Shown here: in pieces, positions 1 to 22,612 of the stretch
How the letters are laid out: each line of letters opens with the position of its first letter
How positions within the stretch are numbered: position 1 is the first letter of the stretch
NCBI RefSeq assembly: GCF_009914755.1
Contig: NC_060947.1
Direction: 5' to 3' (one strand)
Length of the DNA: 64,000 bases
Source: the human T2T-CHM13v2.0 reference genome, Homo sapiens
Made by a program: the position numbers and the translations under genes
Notes under the pieces: model-generated
The model's input: only the letters and a program-made list of their open reading frames with translations
The model's database searches: none
Told to the model about the DNA's origin: nothing

Positions 1-472
<472 letters not shown>

Positions 473-991
473 TGAGGTCACACCGTGGTCTTTGTTACCT
501 ACCGGTGGTAGCTGAGTCCCTCCACCCTCTCCAAGCCCTCTCCAAGCCCTCTCCAGGACACTCAGCTCCATGTGGGAATGGGTCGTGCTGGGTGACGGCA
601 GACTTGTTGAAAGAATGAGCTCTGTGGTCACCAAGAGAAGGCACTATTGGAGGGTCGCTTTGTGCATGGAGACAGCCTTTTTGAAACTGATTTTGACATT
701 ATTCTCCTGAGAAGTTGTGTAAGAACTGGACTCACTAAGAGATTTCTGCCTTCCTGTCTTTAAGCAGATCAACTTTCCATGAAGGAGCTTCCTATCAGCC
801 TGCAGCCTGCGTTGGGGGGTGGGGGCGCCACCAGAAGAACCCTCACCCCCACTTCCTCTCAGCCACCAGGATGCAGCTTTAAGACTTGGATGAGCTTTGA
901 AATATTTCAGGATAAAAAGTGGGTGAAGGATGAAACAAGAGTTCTACTTTTGTGTCCATTCGAAATTTCCACAATGACAGATGAAAACTAA

Positions 992-3818
<2,827 letters not shown>

Positions 3819-4856
3819 TGAAACAAACACCTAAGGCTACTGAATCCCCGGGGCAGGCGCTCATAGGGTCACACTCCTTGCAGGTCCAGAAGAGAGTATA
3901 TGCTCACCCTATTCTCTGAGCAATGAACAACCACAGTGAGAAATTACACAGAACAAACATGCCCCTCAGCTTTCCAAAAGGACAAAAGACTAACATGGAC
4001 AAATGGATTCTGCTTCTGAAAATTCCACCTGAGCTGTGAGTTCTCAGAAAAGAAAGCCATCTACTAGGAGTCCATACACTGGTTCAACGTCATACTAAAA
4101 CTCTCCCAATGGGGGTGCAAGACTGATCAACTGGGGTGATGCCTTTCAGCCACAAGATATATTTTCACAAGATTATTGACAGTGTCTTGTGATGACAAAA
4201 CAAACACAATATAGAAGTGCTGTCATCGCACCTAGACCATAGTAACCCCAAGAATATCACAAAAGGATTTATGACTGAGCAGGCACCTGTCTCATAGCAG
4301 GCCACACAAATCTTGGTTCAGTCCCTTACAGCATAACATCATTATAGACAGCAGCCTTATAAATATTCCAACCATCCTGAGATGGATGCTTAATGTGAAG
4401 ATTAAAAAAACAAAACACCCCAGCTAAACACTGTTTAGTAAGGATGGATGTAAATTTCTAGCTAAGTTTAAGAACAAGGGAGTCCTTTTAAAAAGTATAA
4501 ACCTTTCAAGTGGCAGATGGGTAATCTGACAATGATTACGTACGGTGAACATAAAATGTTAAAGATGACTTTGGGGCTATATAGAATAATGCTGGATTTA
4601 TGGAGACAATGAAATCACTGTCTCTGCTTTATAATGAGTCTAGTGGTCTGAATTTTAGCCCCAGGTAAGAGCTTAGACTGAAGTCTATACCAGCTTGGGG
4701 TGGGGAGGTAGGGAGTGGGCTGTTTTGGGAGACGGACATGTCTGCAAACTCTAATAAGCACACTGGGTATATTTATACAGCTCTTTATCTTTTGGTTTAT
4801 CATATCCATCCATTTCTTAAACTTTGTGAGATAACTGGATTTACATGTAGTTGTAA

Positions 4857-5271
4857 TGTGTCCAGAGTTGGTTCCTTCCGGTGGGTTCTTGGTCTTGCTG
4901 ACTTCAAGAATGAAGCTGCAGACCTTTGCTGTGAGTGTTACAGCTCTTAAAGGTGGCACAGACTCAAAGAGTGCGCAGCAGCAAGATTTACTGTGAAGAG
5001 CGAAAGAACAAAGCTTCCACAGCATGGAAGGGGACTGGACCGGGTTGCCACTGCTAGCTGCAGTGGCCAGCTTTTATTCCCTTATTTGACCCCACCCACA
5101 TCCCGCTGATTGGTCCATTTTACAGAGTGCTGATTGGTCCATTTACAGAGTGCTAATTGGTCCATTTTACAAACCTCTAGCTAGCCACAGAGCGCTGATT
5201 GGTGCATTTTACAATCCTCTTGTAAGACAGAAAAATTCTCGGAGTCCCCACCCAACTGGCTTCGCCTCTTG
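4857..5271 (-). mobile_element. Solo LTR12-family (ERV9) LTR inserted in an old L1M 3' fragment
   Basis: Tandem CTGATTGG (CCAAT) units, LTR12-type termini, 4-bp TSD GTAA (4853-4856 and 5272-5275). Confidence 0.85.
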
Positions 5272-6149
5272 GTAAGGAATAATACAGGGAAGTCCTGTGC
5301 ACCCTTCACTCTTCACCTGCCTGTTCCAATGGCAACACGTTACAAAACTACAGCACAATGTCACAACCTGGAATATGGACATTGATACAATCCACCAAGC
5401 CTTTTCAGATTTCCCGTTTCACGTGCATTTAGTTCTGTGCAATTTAGCTTAATCAACTTGGCAGCTCCTGTGACCATCACCACAGTGAAGATACACTCGA
5501 CTTGATTCTGAGAGGCACATTCCTTAAGCCTTCGTTTAATCTTTGAAAAAGAAAAAATCGCCTCATTCTTCTAACTAAAGGCATTCAGAGACTGTAGTTA
5601 GAAGTTAATTATGGGGCAGTCACCACGTGCCCAGCGCCATGACAGGTGCCCAGTGGAGCTGCGACTCTGAATTTAATCGGCTGCATGAGACACCTCCACA
5701 GAATGCACCCCTCTCACTTGACCTCTGAAGAAACAGACCAGAGCTGAGATTTCTTGTCCCAGCTTGACAGTGGCAGAACCCAGACCCGGGGACCCTTGAC
5801 TCTCTGTCCAGTGCTCTCCCGGCCTGTCCTGGATGCGTACTCCAGCATCGTCACCTCTGAAAAGGGCCTGGATGGAGCTGCTTAGAGAAAAGAGGTGTTC
5901 ACCAGCCTTCAGCTACGTATAGAAACAGCAACGAAAACAGCTTTTTTGCAAAGCATGTAAATACCTATCCATGCAGGTACTTTAGACCAGAGTTTCATGG
6001 AAACTGAAACCGAGCAGGAAGAGGTGGCACACATGTTGTCCGCAAACTTTCACCAATCCCAGACCTCCACCTCCCCTTTTCGGGGATGTAAACCTGGGAA
6101 ACTTGAAGACCTTGTGGTCCAATCCTAGGCGAGTGGGGACAGCATCTAG

Positions 6150-7400
<1,251 letters not shown>

Positions 7401-9349
7401 TAGGGGCGCGGGAGGGGCGGTAGGCTCGCGCCCCCGGGTCTGGCGCGCGCGTCTGCTGGGGTCACCTGCCGGGCCTGGGCGCCGGGACCGGCGTGGGCGT
7501 GTGATCCTGGCGGTTCCCCGCGCCTCGCAGAGTTTAAATGGCTCCTGCCCGGAGTCCCTTTCCCCTCCCCCTCCCTCCTCCGGGCAGGGGCCTGGCCGGG
7601 TCCTCTGGCGCTCCCGGGCCCGCCAGTGGCGGCCTGCACCTGCGGGGCTGCCTGGAGGCCAGCGAAGGAACGTGTCCCCGAGCCGTCCCCACCTATGTTT
7701 GCCTCTCTGGGGTCCCTGGTTCGGCACCCCTTGGACCCGTGCCTGTGATCACTACGAAATCCAGAGTAGCAGCTGTCGCCAGCGCAACTTCTCGATTCCC
7801 TTCAGCCCATCAATGTTTACTGACTTTCGGCTTCCAGTCCCAGATCCACTGCGCACTGGATACCTGCGCAAACTTAGAGAAACCTGAAAGCCTGCTTCCT
7901 AAGAGCAGGACCCGAGTTCTAATAATAATAAAGAAATTCCAGATGTATCTCATCAGGAATGTTGTGTGTGTGTGTGTGTGGTTTGCTTTAGAACATTGAA
8001 TTTTATTGTCTCAAAACAAAATCCATCTGGAAACTTACCAGTTGAACCTGTATGAACTTGTAAAAGCAAACACATAAACAACAGTCCAGTCACCCTGTGT
8101 TCTAGTTAAAAGTGTGTAGTGGTCATTTTCTCTGGGAAGGGTTGAGTCGGACCTTTCGTGTGGACGAAGTTCCTTTTAAAATGTAAAGATTCTTGGCGAC
8201 TAGAAGCGTTTGAAGATAATTTACTGGTTTTCTCGGCTTTCCTGCCTCTCCACAGCAGGAAGAAATTAAGTGATTCCTAACCCGCCGCACTGGTAATCAG
8301 TTTGGGAAGTGGGATGGCTTTGTTGTTCAAATAGCAAATGAGACACCAGCGTCTTCCATTCTATATTTTCTGTCGCTTTTATGATTACAAAACTTTGTGG
8401 AGGGATTTGGAGAAGCCTTGTTTAGCTTTGCACTAAATTTTTGTTGAACTCAGGAAAGAGGTTGCCATTGTTATAAATTTGACCAATGTGTAATCTTTTA
8501 TCACACTGGCTTCTTTGGAAACATGGTGGACAGTCATAAAGTGTGTATACTCTGCCCAGCCAGAACACTCCTCTTTTTTTTTTCTTTTATTTCTTTTCTT
8601 TTCTTTCTTTCTTTCTTCTTTTTTTTTTTGAGACAGGGTCTTGTTCTGTCAGCCTCCTGAGTAGCTGGGACCACAGATGTGCGCCACCATGCCTGGTTAA
8701 TTTTTTAAAATTTTTTGTAGAAACGGGGAGTTTCACCATTTTGCCCAGGCTGGTCTCGAACTCCTCTGCCTCCCAAAGTCCTGGCATTACAGGCATGAGC
8801 CACTGCGCTTGGCTCAGAATGTGGATTAATCCAAGCTTTGAATCTTCCTCTCCCAAAAGCTACTGAAAAGTCACTGGGGCTCATTAAAAAATAGCTCTTC
8901 TAATCGTTTTTTTTTTCCACTTGTAATTAAATAGTTACATATTAGAGCCCTGGAATACTGTACAACTCACTTGCTATTTAGCAGACTCTGATTTGGGGAT
9001 AGCTTGCATTAAGGTAAGAGCGCACCTTCTCTTTATGATAATGAGGGTATCATTTGAAAGCCTCATGGGAGTGCGTGTAGTAGAACTGGGAGGGGTGTCA
9101 AGAACAAGGCTGGTTCGGTCCTGGTCTTCAGATGGAATTTTATCAGCCCATTTTATAGATGAAACAGCTGTGGCCCAGGCAGGGCAAATGGTGTATCCTG
9201 AGGTCAGAAACTGTTGAGTCCTGGGAAAGGCCCTAAGAATCAGACTCTGGCCCCAGTGTTCAAGCCTGCTGCTCCCCTTCAGTCAGTGCCATCTGCTTGG
9301 GTCTGGGATCTCCTGCAATGCCATATTGAATACCTTCGTCACATCGGTT

Positions 9350-9555
9350 AGGTGAGGGTTTGCCAGCCTTGGCATTGGGGACTTTGTGAGCTGAATCTCT
9401 TTGCTGTGGGGCTGCCCTGTGCTTTGGAGGATGCTCAGCAGCCTCCCCAGCCTCTACCTGCTTGATGCTACTGTCACCTCTCTCCAGGTGTGATGACAAA
9501 AATGTCTCCAGACATTGCCAAATGTCCTCTGGGGGCAAAATTAGCCTGGTTTTGA
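9350..9555. mobile_element. MER20 DNA transposon
   Basis: ctttgctgtggggctgccctgtg...aaaaatgtctccagacattgccaaatgtcctctgggggcaaaa. Confidence 0.75.
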
Positions 9556-12335
9556 ATCTCTTTTGTTAGATTAACCATATATCACCTTTGCTCTTAAAGG
9601 ATTCTTGCTCTTAAAACTTCTGTTTCTTTTTGAATAGACTGGCCTTTAGGGTGGTGTGTTTAGAGGCCTCTGGCATTGCCAGTGTTTGCATGGAGAGCTG
9701 TTTTCCTCCCACGCGTTGGCCCTGAGAATAGGCTTTATTTACATAGTCAAACTCAAACAAATACTTGCTTCATCTGCATTTTTTGTAGCTGGAGAAAGGA
9801 AATTGAAGCAGGAACTCCCAAGTGCTGTGTTTTATGGGCATCCACAGTGGCTGTTCAGAATCAGGACTGACTACTCTCTGGATCTAGTTTGAAGCTAAAG
9901 GGATACCAACTTCAGAGGAGTAGCATTCTTGGAATTTGGGGTGCATGCATGAAGCCCAGCAGAACCTCCGCTGACAGATGGCGACAGGATTCATCACTCC
10001 TCAGTACGTTTCTGCTGATTTCTGCCTTGAAATTTTGCTACAGTTGGTGGAAAAAAATGCACTCAAACCCATATTTCCATGCTGTTGTTAGAGAGGGGGC
10101 AGGAATAACGTCCATGCTGTAGGAATCTATGTAACGGAAGTAGAGATGGTGGATATATGTGATCCTGGTGGGTTTTTTGCATGTTTCTGTTCCCATCCAT
10201 TCAACCAGTGGAAGTCTTCAGTGGGGGGAGGGGAGGGGACTGATTTCTAAAATGTCACTAGAGTGGCTTGAATTCCACAAAGCTGTTTGGGGGATTCATG
10301 AGGAAGCGTTAAATACACCAGCTGGGTGTCAGCAGCCCCCTGTGGCCTCAGGAATGTTTGTTAAGGGAGGGAAGGAATGAAGCCCCAGCCTCTCCTGTTC
10401 ACTATTTCTTAGAGTCCGCTCCCTCCCCCAAAAAGAATGCCAGAAGCCTTAGCCCGAAGCTCCAAAGAAGACAGTAACTTGGGCCTGGCCTAGCCCCAAG
10501 GGCAGCTCCTTTGGGAACCCATTGATTTTCGGGTTGCCATTGGGCACCAGAGCTGTTGTGTGCGACAAGACTGCTGTGGTCTGGGACGCTTGGAGGTCCC
10601 CCCACCTGACTCACCCACCCCAGGGCTTCAGACTCTGAGAACATTTCTCTGGATTGGAGACAGAGCTTTGAAATGTCCTTTCCAGTGTGAATGCCAAAGA
10701 CGGAATCAGGGCATATTTTGGGGGGCGTGCAGCCAGGTGGCAAGTGTCTTATGTAAAGTGTTAGCTGAGTCCTTGATTGCAGAGGGCACAGGGCTGAGAC
10801 TGGTGGTTGGTGATGGGCAGGAGTGGAGGCCCCGCGCCTCTGATGTACCTTACTTATTGGTTTGGAAAGGGGGCTCTGCTTTATGGGCCATGCCAAGTCA
10901 CCTCGTGACCCGAGGACCGGGGAGATCAGAGTGACCACCCTGGTCGGGATCAGTTCTTGTCTCATATGCCATTATATTGGCTCCCAAGAGCCAACCAAGC
11001 TCTTTGTGAAATATCAGTAAAGGTTTTGAAAAAGAGGGACCTGATGAATTCAGCAGTGGGTCAGGAGCGGGTGACTCTCAACTTTGTGGCTGCTGGTGGA
11101 TTTTTGTGCCCAGATGCAGTGTGCGGTCAACATCTGCACGAGGGAGTGCTGCTGCTTCTCCAGGTGTCTGAGAACCAGTGGGTGAGGGCTTGGATCTCCC
11201 TTGCCTCTGCCATCTCTAAGTGATGTCCGAGTTGTAAAGCTTTACTCACTTTTTGATGCCAGCTACCATGTTTTCTTCAGCTATTAGGATAAGTGTCATT
11301 ATAAAGATCCATCTGTATTTAAGAATTAATAGTAAGGTTAAAAACCAAGAGGTGAGCTTTCTTTCCTGTGCTGAAAGACCCTTTCAGTTGGTAGGCCCGC
11401 CTTGCCAACTGGCTTTCAAATCTATCTTTATTACCTTTTCCCAGCCTGTGAATTAATGTGACCCTGCTGAATTCTCATCCTTGTTCTCCGGCGATGTTTT
11501 GGGCAAGAGTGTGGAGTCAGGCAGTGAGTCTCAAGTCCTATTCCAGGGTCTGGGAGCTGGAGGCTTTGAGGGTCAGCTCTGGGAGGATTCTTCCTCTCTT
11601 AGACATTAACTCAGCTTGACTCACGCCTATGAATCCAGAGCCTTCTGCGATTATGAGAAGCTGTAAACATAAGCTATGCATCTCACTTCTGTACCAGGAT
11701 GCGTTCGGTCTTCATGGCTCAGTTATGAGTATTTCTTAACATGTCGTAACATTTATCTTTTGAAAAAAAAAAAGAAAAGAAAACTAGTTTGCCCAAGAGC
11801 TAAAGGTAGAATAGTATGATAATGAAAGGCTCAGAACAAGTAGCAGTTTTCACCTTGTCCTAATGAGCTGGGGGTTTCTTAATCTACCTTTGTAATTCAT
11901 GGTCAAAAAAACTGGCTTGCCACTTGGGAAGGGCTGGTTTTTCTCTTTGGAAAGCATTTTGGAGTTGTTTGTCCCCTTGCCAGAGTTGTTTTGTATCAGC
12001 ATGCAAATAAACCTGGATTTGTGGCCAAGTTCTTAAGGGCAGTGGAGAAAAGCTGGGGCTCTGTGGAACTTTTCTTCTTGCACACCGGGTGCAGCGGAAA
12101 CATTCTACACGATAATGTTAGAATGTAAAAGCTGAATGGACTTTTTATTCAGGTCTTCTTTTACTTTCAAGCACTGTAGTCAGCAGTGGGGCAATTCATG
12201 AAGGATAAATTCTGCAGGTTTCTGCAAGCCCTCTTCCTACACATGCAAGCCGAAAACTTTAACCCACATGAAGGATTTTGAAAGAGTTCTGGGTTGCCTG
12301 TTGCTCTTTTAGGCCTTTAAAAAAATATCACCAGT

Positions 12336-12692
12336 GCCAGGCACGGTGGCTCACGCCTGTAATCCCAGCACTTTGGGAGGCCGAGGCGGGTGAATCACCT
12401 GAGGTCGGGAGTTCAGGACCAGCCTGACCAACATGGAGAAACCCTGTCTCTACTAAAAATACAAAAAAATTAGCCGGGTGTGGTGGTGCATGCCTGTAAT
12501 TCCAGCTACTCGGGAGGCTCCCGGGAGGCAGAGGTTGTGGTGAGCTGGAGATCGTGCCATTGCCCTGGGCAACAGGAGCAAAACTCCATCTCAAATAGAA
12601 TAGAATAGAATAGAATAGAATAGAATAGAATAGAATAGAATAGAATAGAATAGAATAGAATAGAATAGAATAGAAAGAAAAAAGAAAAGAAA
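12336..12692 (+). mobile_element. AluS with internal deletions and an (AATAG)16 tail (12594-12673)
   Basis: Alu body followed by 16 perfect AATAG units. Confidence 0.9.
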
Positions 12693-13259
12693 ATCACCAG
12701 TATCTGATACAGGGAGGGTGTATTCTGGAGGAATTGTTGTCCTTTACCTTGTGTGATGCAGTATTTGGGCTGTCCTGTAGTAGAGCCAGCCTGTTCCCAT
12801 TATGGGTGTGAATGTTCCAGCTTCTCTTTGGGGGAACATGTCTTAGAAGGATAATACTATATCATTAAAAAGAAAAAATTGGACAAACCTCATTTGGTTG
12901 AACCTTAGAACTAGGATGTTCTGAATTGCAAAGCAAAGGTAACATTTTTTTCCCCAGATAAGGAGCCCCTGGGCTGTTTTTTTGTGTTTTTTTTTTTTTT
13001 TTTTTGTTGTTGTTGTTTTAAATCCCCAGCGTATTAAGTTGCAGGCAATGAGGGCTGCTTCTTTTGGATGGAAAGGGAAGAAAAACAGCATCTTGGCTTG
13101 GCTAGGAAGGGCTGGGATTATCTTTCTTTTGGCAAAAGGTGACTTTCAGATCAAAGGCAAATTGTTGAGGTCAACAAGAACCCAGGCAGGGTAGACTCTG
13201 TGTCCTTGAAAGGTAACACTTCTTACTCATAGAAGGGAAGGGGCAAGCATGATAGCGTA

Positions 13260-14577
<1,318 letters not shown>

Positions 14578-14668
14578 CTCTTCCCCGCTCTGAGGAGCAT
14601 GGGGTTACCAATATTCAGTGTTTATTTTGGTTGCTATTGCTATCACTGCTGAGTCTGGGGGTACATAC

Positions 14669-15290
<622 letters not shown>

Positions 15291-16715
15291 CAAGTTTCTG
15301 CAGTCACTAGGGTTCAGGATAGTTTTCTTTGCTTAATTTTCAGTGCACTTATCCTTGATTCATCCCTCAAACCCTCCCCAGTGATGAAATATCTCTTAAT
15401 ATATTCAGACACACCGGGGGTCATCTTTTGAGATCTTCTCTGTCTGAAAACAGCATGATTTTTATCTTGACAGTAAATTGTTTGGGCGTAGTCCTGAATG
15501 GAGACAGTTCTCCCACAGCACTCTGAAGGTGGTGTCCACTCTGCTGTTGTGCAGTATTGCTGGAGGGAGATCAGACGTTTTTGTTTCTTGATCTTTTGTA
15601 CTAGGTCTACTTTTTCCCTCTCATTTTTCTTTTTCTTTCTTTCTTTCTTTCTTTCTTTTTTTTTTGAAGAGACAGGGTCTTGCTGTGTTGCTCTGGCTGG
15701 AGAGCCGTGGCTATTCACAGGCACGGTTATAGCCACACTACAGCCTTGAACTCCTGTGCTTAACTGATCCTCCCATCTCAGCCTCCCAAGTAGTTGGGTT
15801 TACAGGTGTGTACCACTATGCCCAGCTCTCTTATTTTGCATTTCTTTGTATTTTTGTTCTTCCTGGAAGATTTTGTTCAACATCATCTTCTAATCTTTCC
15901 ATTAAGTTTTAAATGTATGTCCTCATGTTTCCCTCAGATTCTAAACTTTTAAAATTTGTTTCTCAAATGTTCCTTTTTCATACCATACTGATCTTGTTTC
16001 ATGATTCTTCCATATCTGTGACAGTATTAAACTGGTCTCTAAAAATGTCCTCTTTTTGCATAGATTGTTTCTGAGCTCTGCTTTTGTTGTTTGTTTTGGC
16101 TGCTTTCTTCCCTGTTAGAGGTTGTCTTCAAATGTCTAGTGCTCCTTGGCCGTCTGCTGGTATTGAAGGTTGCGTTCCCCAAAATGCTGTTTGGACACTC
16201 CGTGCATGGGGGTGAGTGATCAGGTGAAGCTGTTTCCCTGGGTATTCCTCTAAGGCTGTATCTTTCTCTTTTTTTTTTTTCTGGAGGGGCAGGGAGGCGG
16301 CCATGTTTTTGTCAGATACTTTTTTTCTACTTAATAAACTTCTGGTGTAGTACAGGTTGAAAAGTAATGGGAAATCTGCCAGTTGAGGGGATCTCTGCTT
16401 TGCTCAGCTGGGCGAGGGTGATCATCTCTGCCCCCCAACTCTGGCTGTAGTGGTTCCAGTTTGGAGGGAAGGTTACCACTAGGCAGAGGAGGCAGTGCTT
16501 GCTTGCTTGCATCCGGAGCTGGATCTTGCTCTCAGTTCCTAACCGTTTCTAATCAGTAATCCTCTGTCTGTCCAACTAGAATCATTCCTATTTTATTGTG
16601 GTATCATGGGGATTAAATGAGGCAACACATAAAGCTATCTCTAGTAAATTCAAATTCCCCCTCACTTCTCTTCCTCACTTTCCCTACTCAATCCTGATTC
16701 ATTAAGAATTTGGAA

Positions 16716-17484
<769 letters not shown>

Positions 17485-18867
17485 AGAGTAGGGTGTTAAA
17501 AAAGTAGTTTTGGGAAGTGGCAATAGTGGGAAAGATGAAGATTCAGTATCCCTGTGACAAGACTCTATTTCTTCACTCTTTCAATCTTTGGAGTAGAAAA
17601 TCTGTTAGGGTTTAGAGTGGGACCCACAAGTGTGGCAGAAATGCTGCCTGCCCGAGTCCTTGTTGCCTCCTCCTCTCAGACACTGTTGGGCCACATTTCC
17701 CAGCCTCCCTAGCAGTTAGCTGTGGCCTCCTGACGCTTCTACCCTGGGGAGTGCAGCTGCAGCCATGCCTGCCATTTTACTTTTCCCCTTCTGGCTGCCT
17801 GGAATGAAGATGGCCGCAGGGCAGAGTTCATCAGCGTGGATCCCTGAATGACTGCAGAGGTGGCTGCCCATGCTATGGTCACCATCCATGGTGAGCAAGA
17901 AGTAAGCCTCTGCTGTGTTTGGGCCATTCATTGTATGTTTTTTGGATTACTTGCTGTAACAGACTATTCTCACAAATGAAATGCTGGGAGAAATCAGAAG
18001 TTTTCCTTCTAGCAAATATACCCAGCTTTAAGAGGCGGAATATACGGTGCTTCTTTTACACCCATGCTGGAAGGAGTGAGGAAAGCATCACTGTGGGTGT
18101 CCAATTAGCATGAAGCCTATTCCCTGCACACTTATTATATAAAATGAGACCTCCACGCCCATTGGCGTCTTTCCACCTCCTTACCCTTTTCTCTCAGCTG
18201 GTAATTTATTCACCCCCACCCCCCACTTGCTCTTCCTTCTCCTCCCCGGGGATGATTTCCTGGGAGCCCTGGAGCATTGGGGCAGGAGGCCGGGAGAATG
18301 CCCAGTCTAGATAATTAGTCCTAGGTGGGGCTGGCCGGAGGCACAGTGGGTGGGGTGGGTGGCCAGCTGCTGTTAGGATGATTTCAGGGATTGGACCTTC
18401 CTCCTGGTGGTGGTGTCCTTTCTTTAACTGCCTTGGTTAAAATGCAAATGTTGCCTGGGAGGGCTACACATTGTCATCATTAACAGAACTGCCTTCATCA
18501 GATTAATTAATTATAGTCCTGTATGGCAGACTTTTTTCCCCCTGGTAGTAGCACCCAGACACATGAATTAGACCAGCAAAGAGAGGAGAGATAAAGTTGA
18601 AAGCCAGATGAAAGCCAAGTAAAACTGGCCTCGGGAGGAAGGTGGAGCTGGCGGAGTGGGAGTGCTGAGGAAAGACCTTGTCTGTTCAGGTACTGGCCAC
18701 CTACAAAGAGGAGTTAGGACAGCCTGTGGAGGAAGCTGGTAGGGAGAGCAGGGGCCCAAGTCCAGCTGAAAACCCTCCCTGGACTTGCAAAAGAGGTGAA
18801 AGAGATTCTTTACCTATGGCTTGCAGATTCTGAAGCTGACGAAATTCCACATCTATTGGTGTTAATT

Positions 18868-21440
<2,573 letters not shown>

Positions 21441-21511
21441 GAAGGCTTTTTATGTTTTATCGATCCTGCCTATTTTCCACCCTCGTTTGCCAGTAACTCT
21501 TCATGTAACAC

Positions 21512-21877
21512 TGTATTAGTCTGTTCTCACGCTGCCAGACATACCCGAGACTGGGTAATTTATAAAGGAAAGAGGTTTAATGGACTCACAGTTCCATGTG
21601 GCTGGGGAGGCCTCACCATCATGGCAGAAGAACAAGGAAGAGCAGAAGGATGTCTTACATGGCAGCAGGCAAGAGAGAATGAGAGCCATGTGAAAAGGAA
21701 AACTCCTTATAAAACCATCAGATCTCATGAGACTTATTCACTACCATGAGAACAGTATGGGGGAAACTGCCCCCATGATTCAATTATCTCCCACCAGGTC
21801 CCTCCCATAACATATGGGAATTATGGGAGCTATAATTGAAGATGAGATTTGGGTGGGGACACAACCAAACTGTATCC
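21512..21877 (-). mobile_element. THE1-family (MaLR) solo LTR
   Basis: THE1-type sequence (gagactgggtaatttataaaggaaagaggtttaatggactcacag); 5-bp TSD AACAC at 21507-21511 and 21878-21882. Confidence 0.85.
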
Positions 21878-21974
21878 AACACTTTAGCTGAGTATGAAAA
21901 GTTCTTCATGCTTTAGCATCTGTCTTTTCCCTGGCCTCATCTTCTGCTGTTACCCACCTTGATCCTTCAGTCCT

Positions 21975-22612
21975 GCATTGTCTAATATGGTGGCCATTTG
22001 TCATATGTGACTGTTGAACAGTTGAAATGTAGCTGGTTCAAATTGAGATATACTGTAAATTAAAATATACACTGGATTTTAGACTTAGTCTGAAACACAA
22101 AAGATGTAAAATATTTTAATAATAATTTATTATGTTGGAATTATAATATTTTGACTACATTGGGTTAAGTAACTCAAATATATTATTAAAATTAACCTGG
22201 CCAGGCATGGTGGCTCGTGCATGTAATCCTAGCACTTGGGAGGCCAAGGTGGGCCAATCGCTTGAGCCCAGGAATTCGAGACCAGGCTGGGCAACATGGT
22301 GAAACCCCGTCTCTACAAAAAAATACAAAAAATTAGCCAGGCGTTGGTGACTGGCACCTGTAGTCCAAGCTGCTTGAGAGGCTGAGGTGGGAGGATCACC
22401 TGAGCCCAGGAGGTTGAGGCTGCGGTGAGCTGTGATTGTGCCACTACACGCCAGCCTGGGTGACAGAGTAAGAAACACCCTGTCTCAAAAAATAAAAATT
22501 AAAAATAAAAATAAAATTAATTTGACATATTCCTTTTTACTCTTTGAAATGTAGCTCCTAACCAATTTGAAGGTAGATGTGTGGTGCTCTTAGTCTGTTG
22601 GACAGCTCCGTT
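21975..22612. mobile_element. MER33/MER3-type hAT element split by an AluJ (~22199-22516)
   Basis: tgtctaatatggtggccat...gaaatgtagct...ttggacagc. Confidence 0.6.

Noticed and set aside
525-555. (CCCTCTCCAAG) x about 3, also (GGCCCA)4 at ~56701 and a CTTGAATATGCAAA duplication at 42247-42285
   Set aside because: Ordinary slippage micro-duplications.
3840-4600. Possible degraded ERV internal fragment
   Set aside because: No recognisable motif or ORF; cannot be assigned without a Dfam search.
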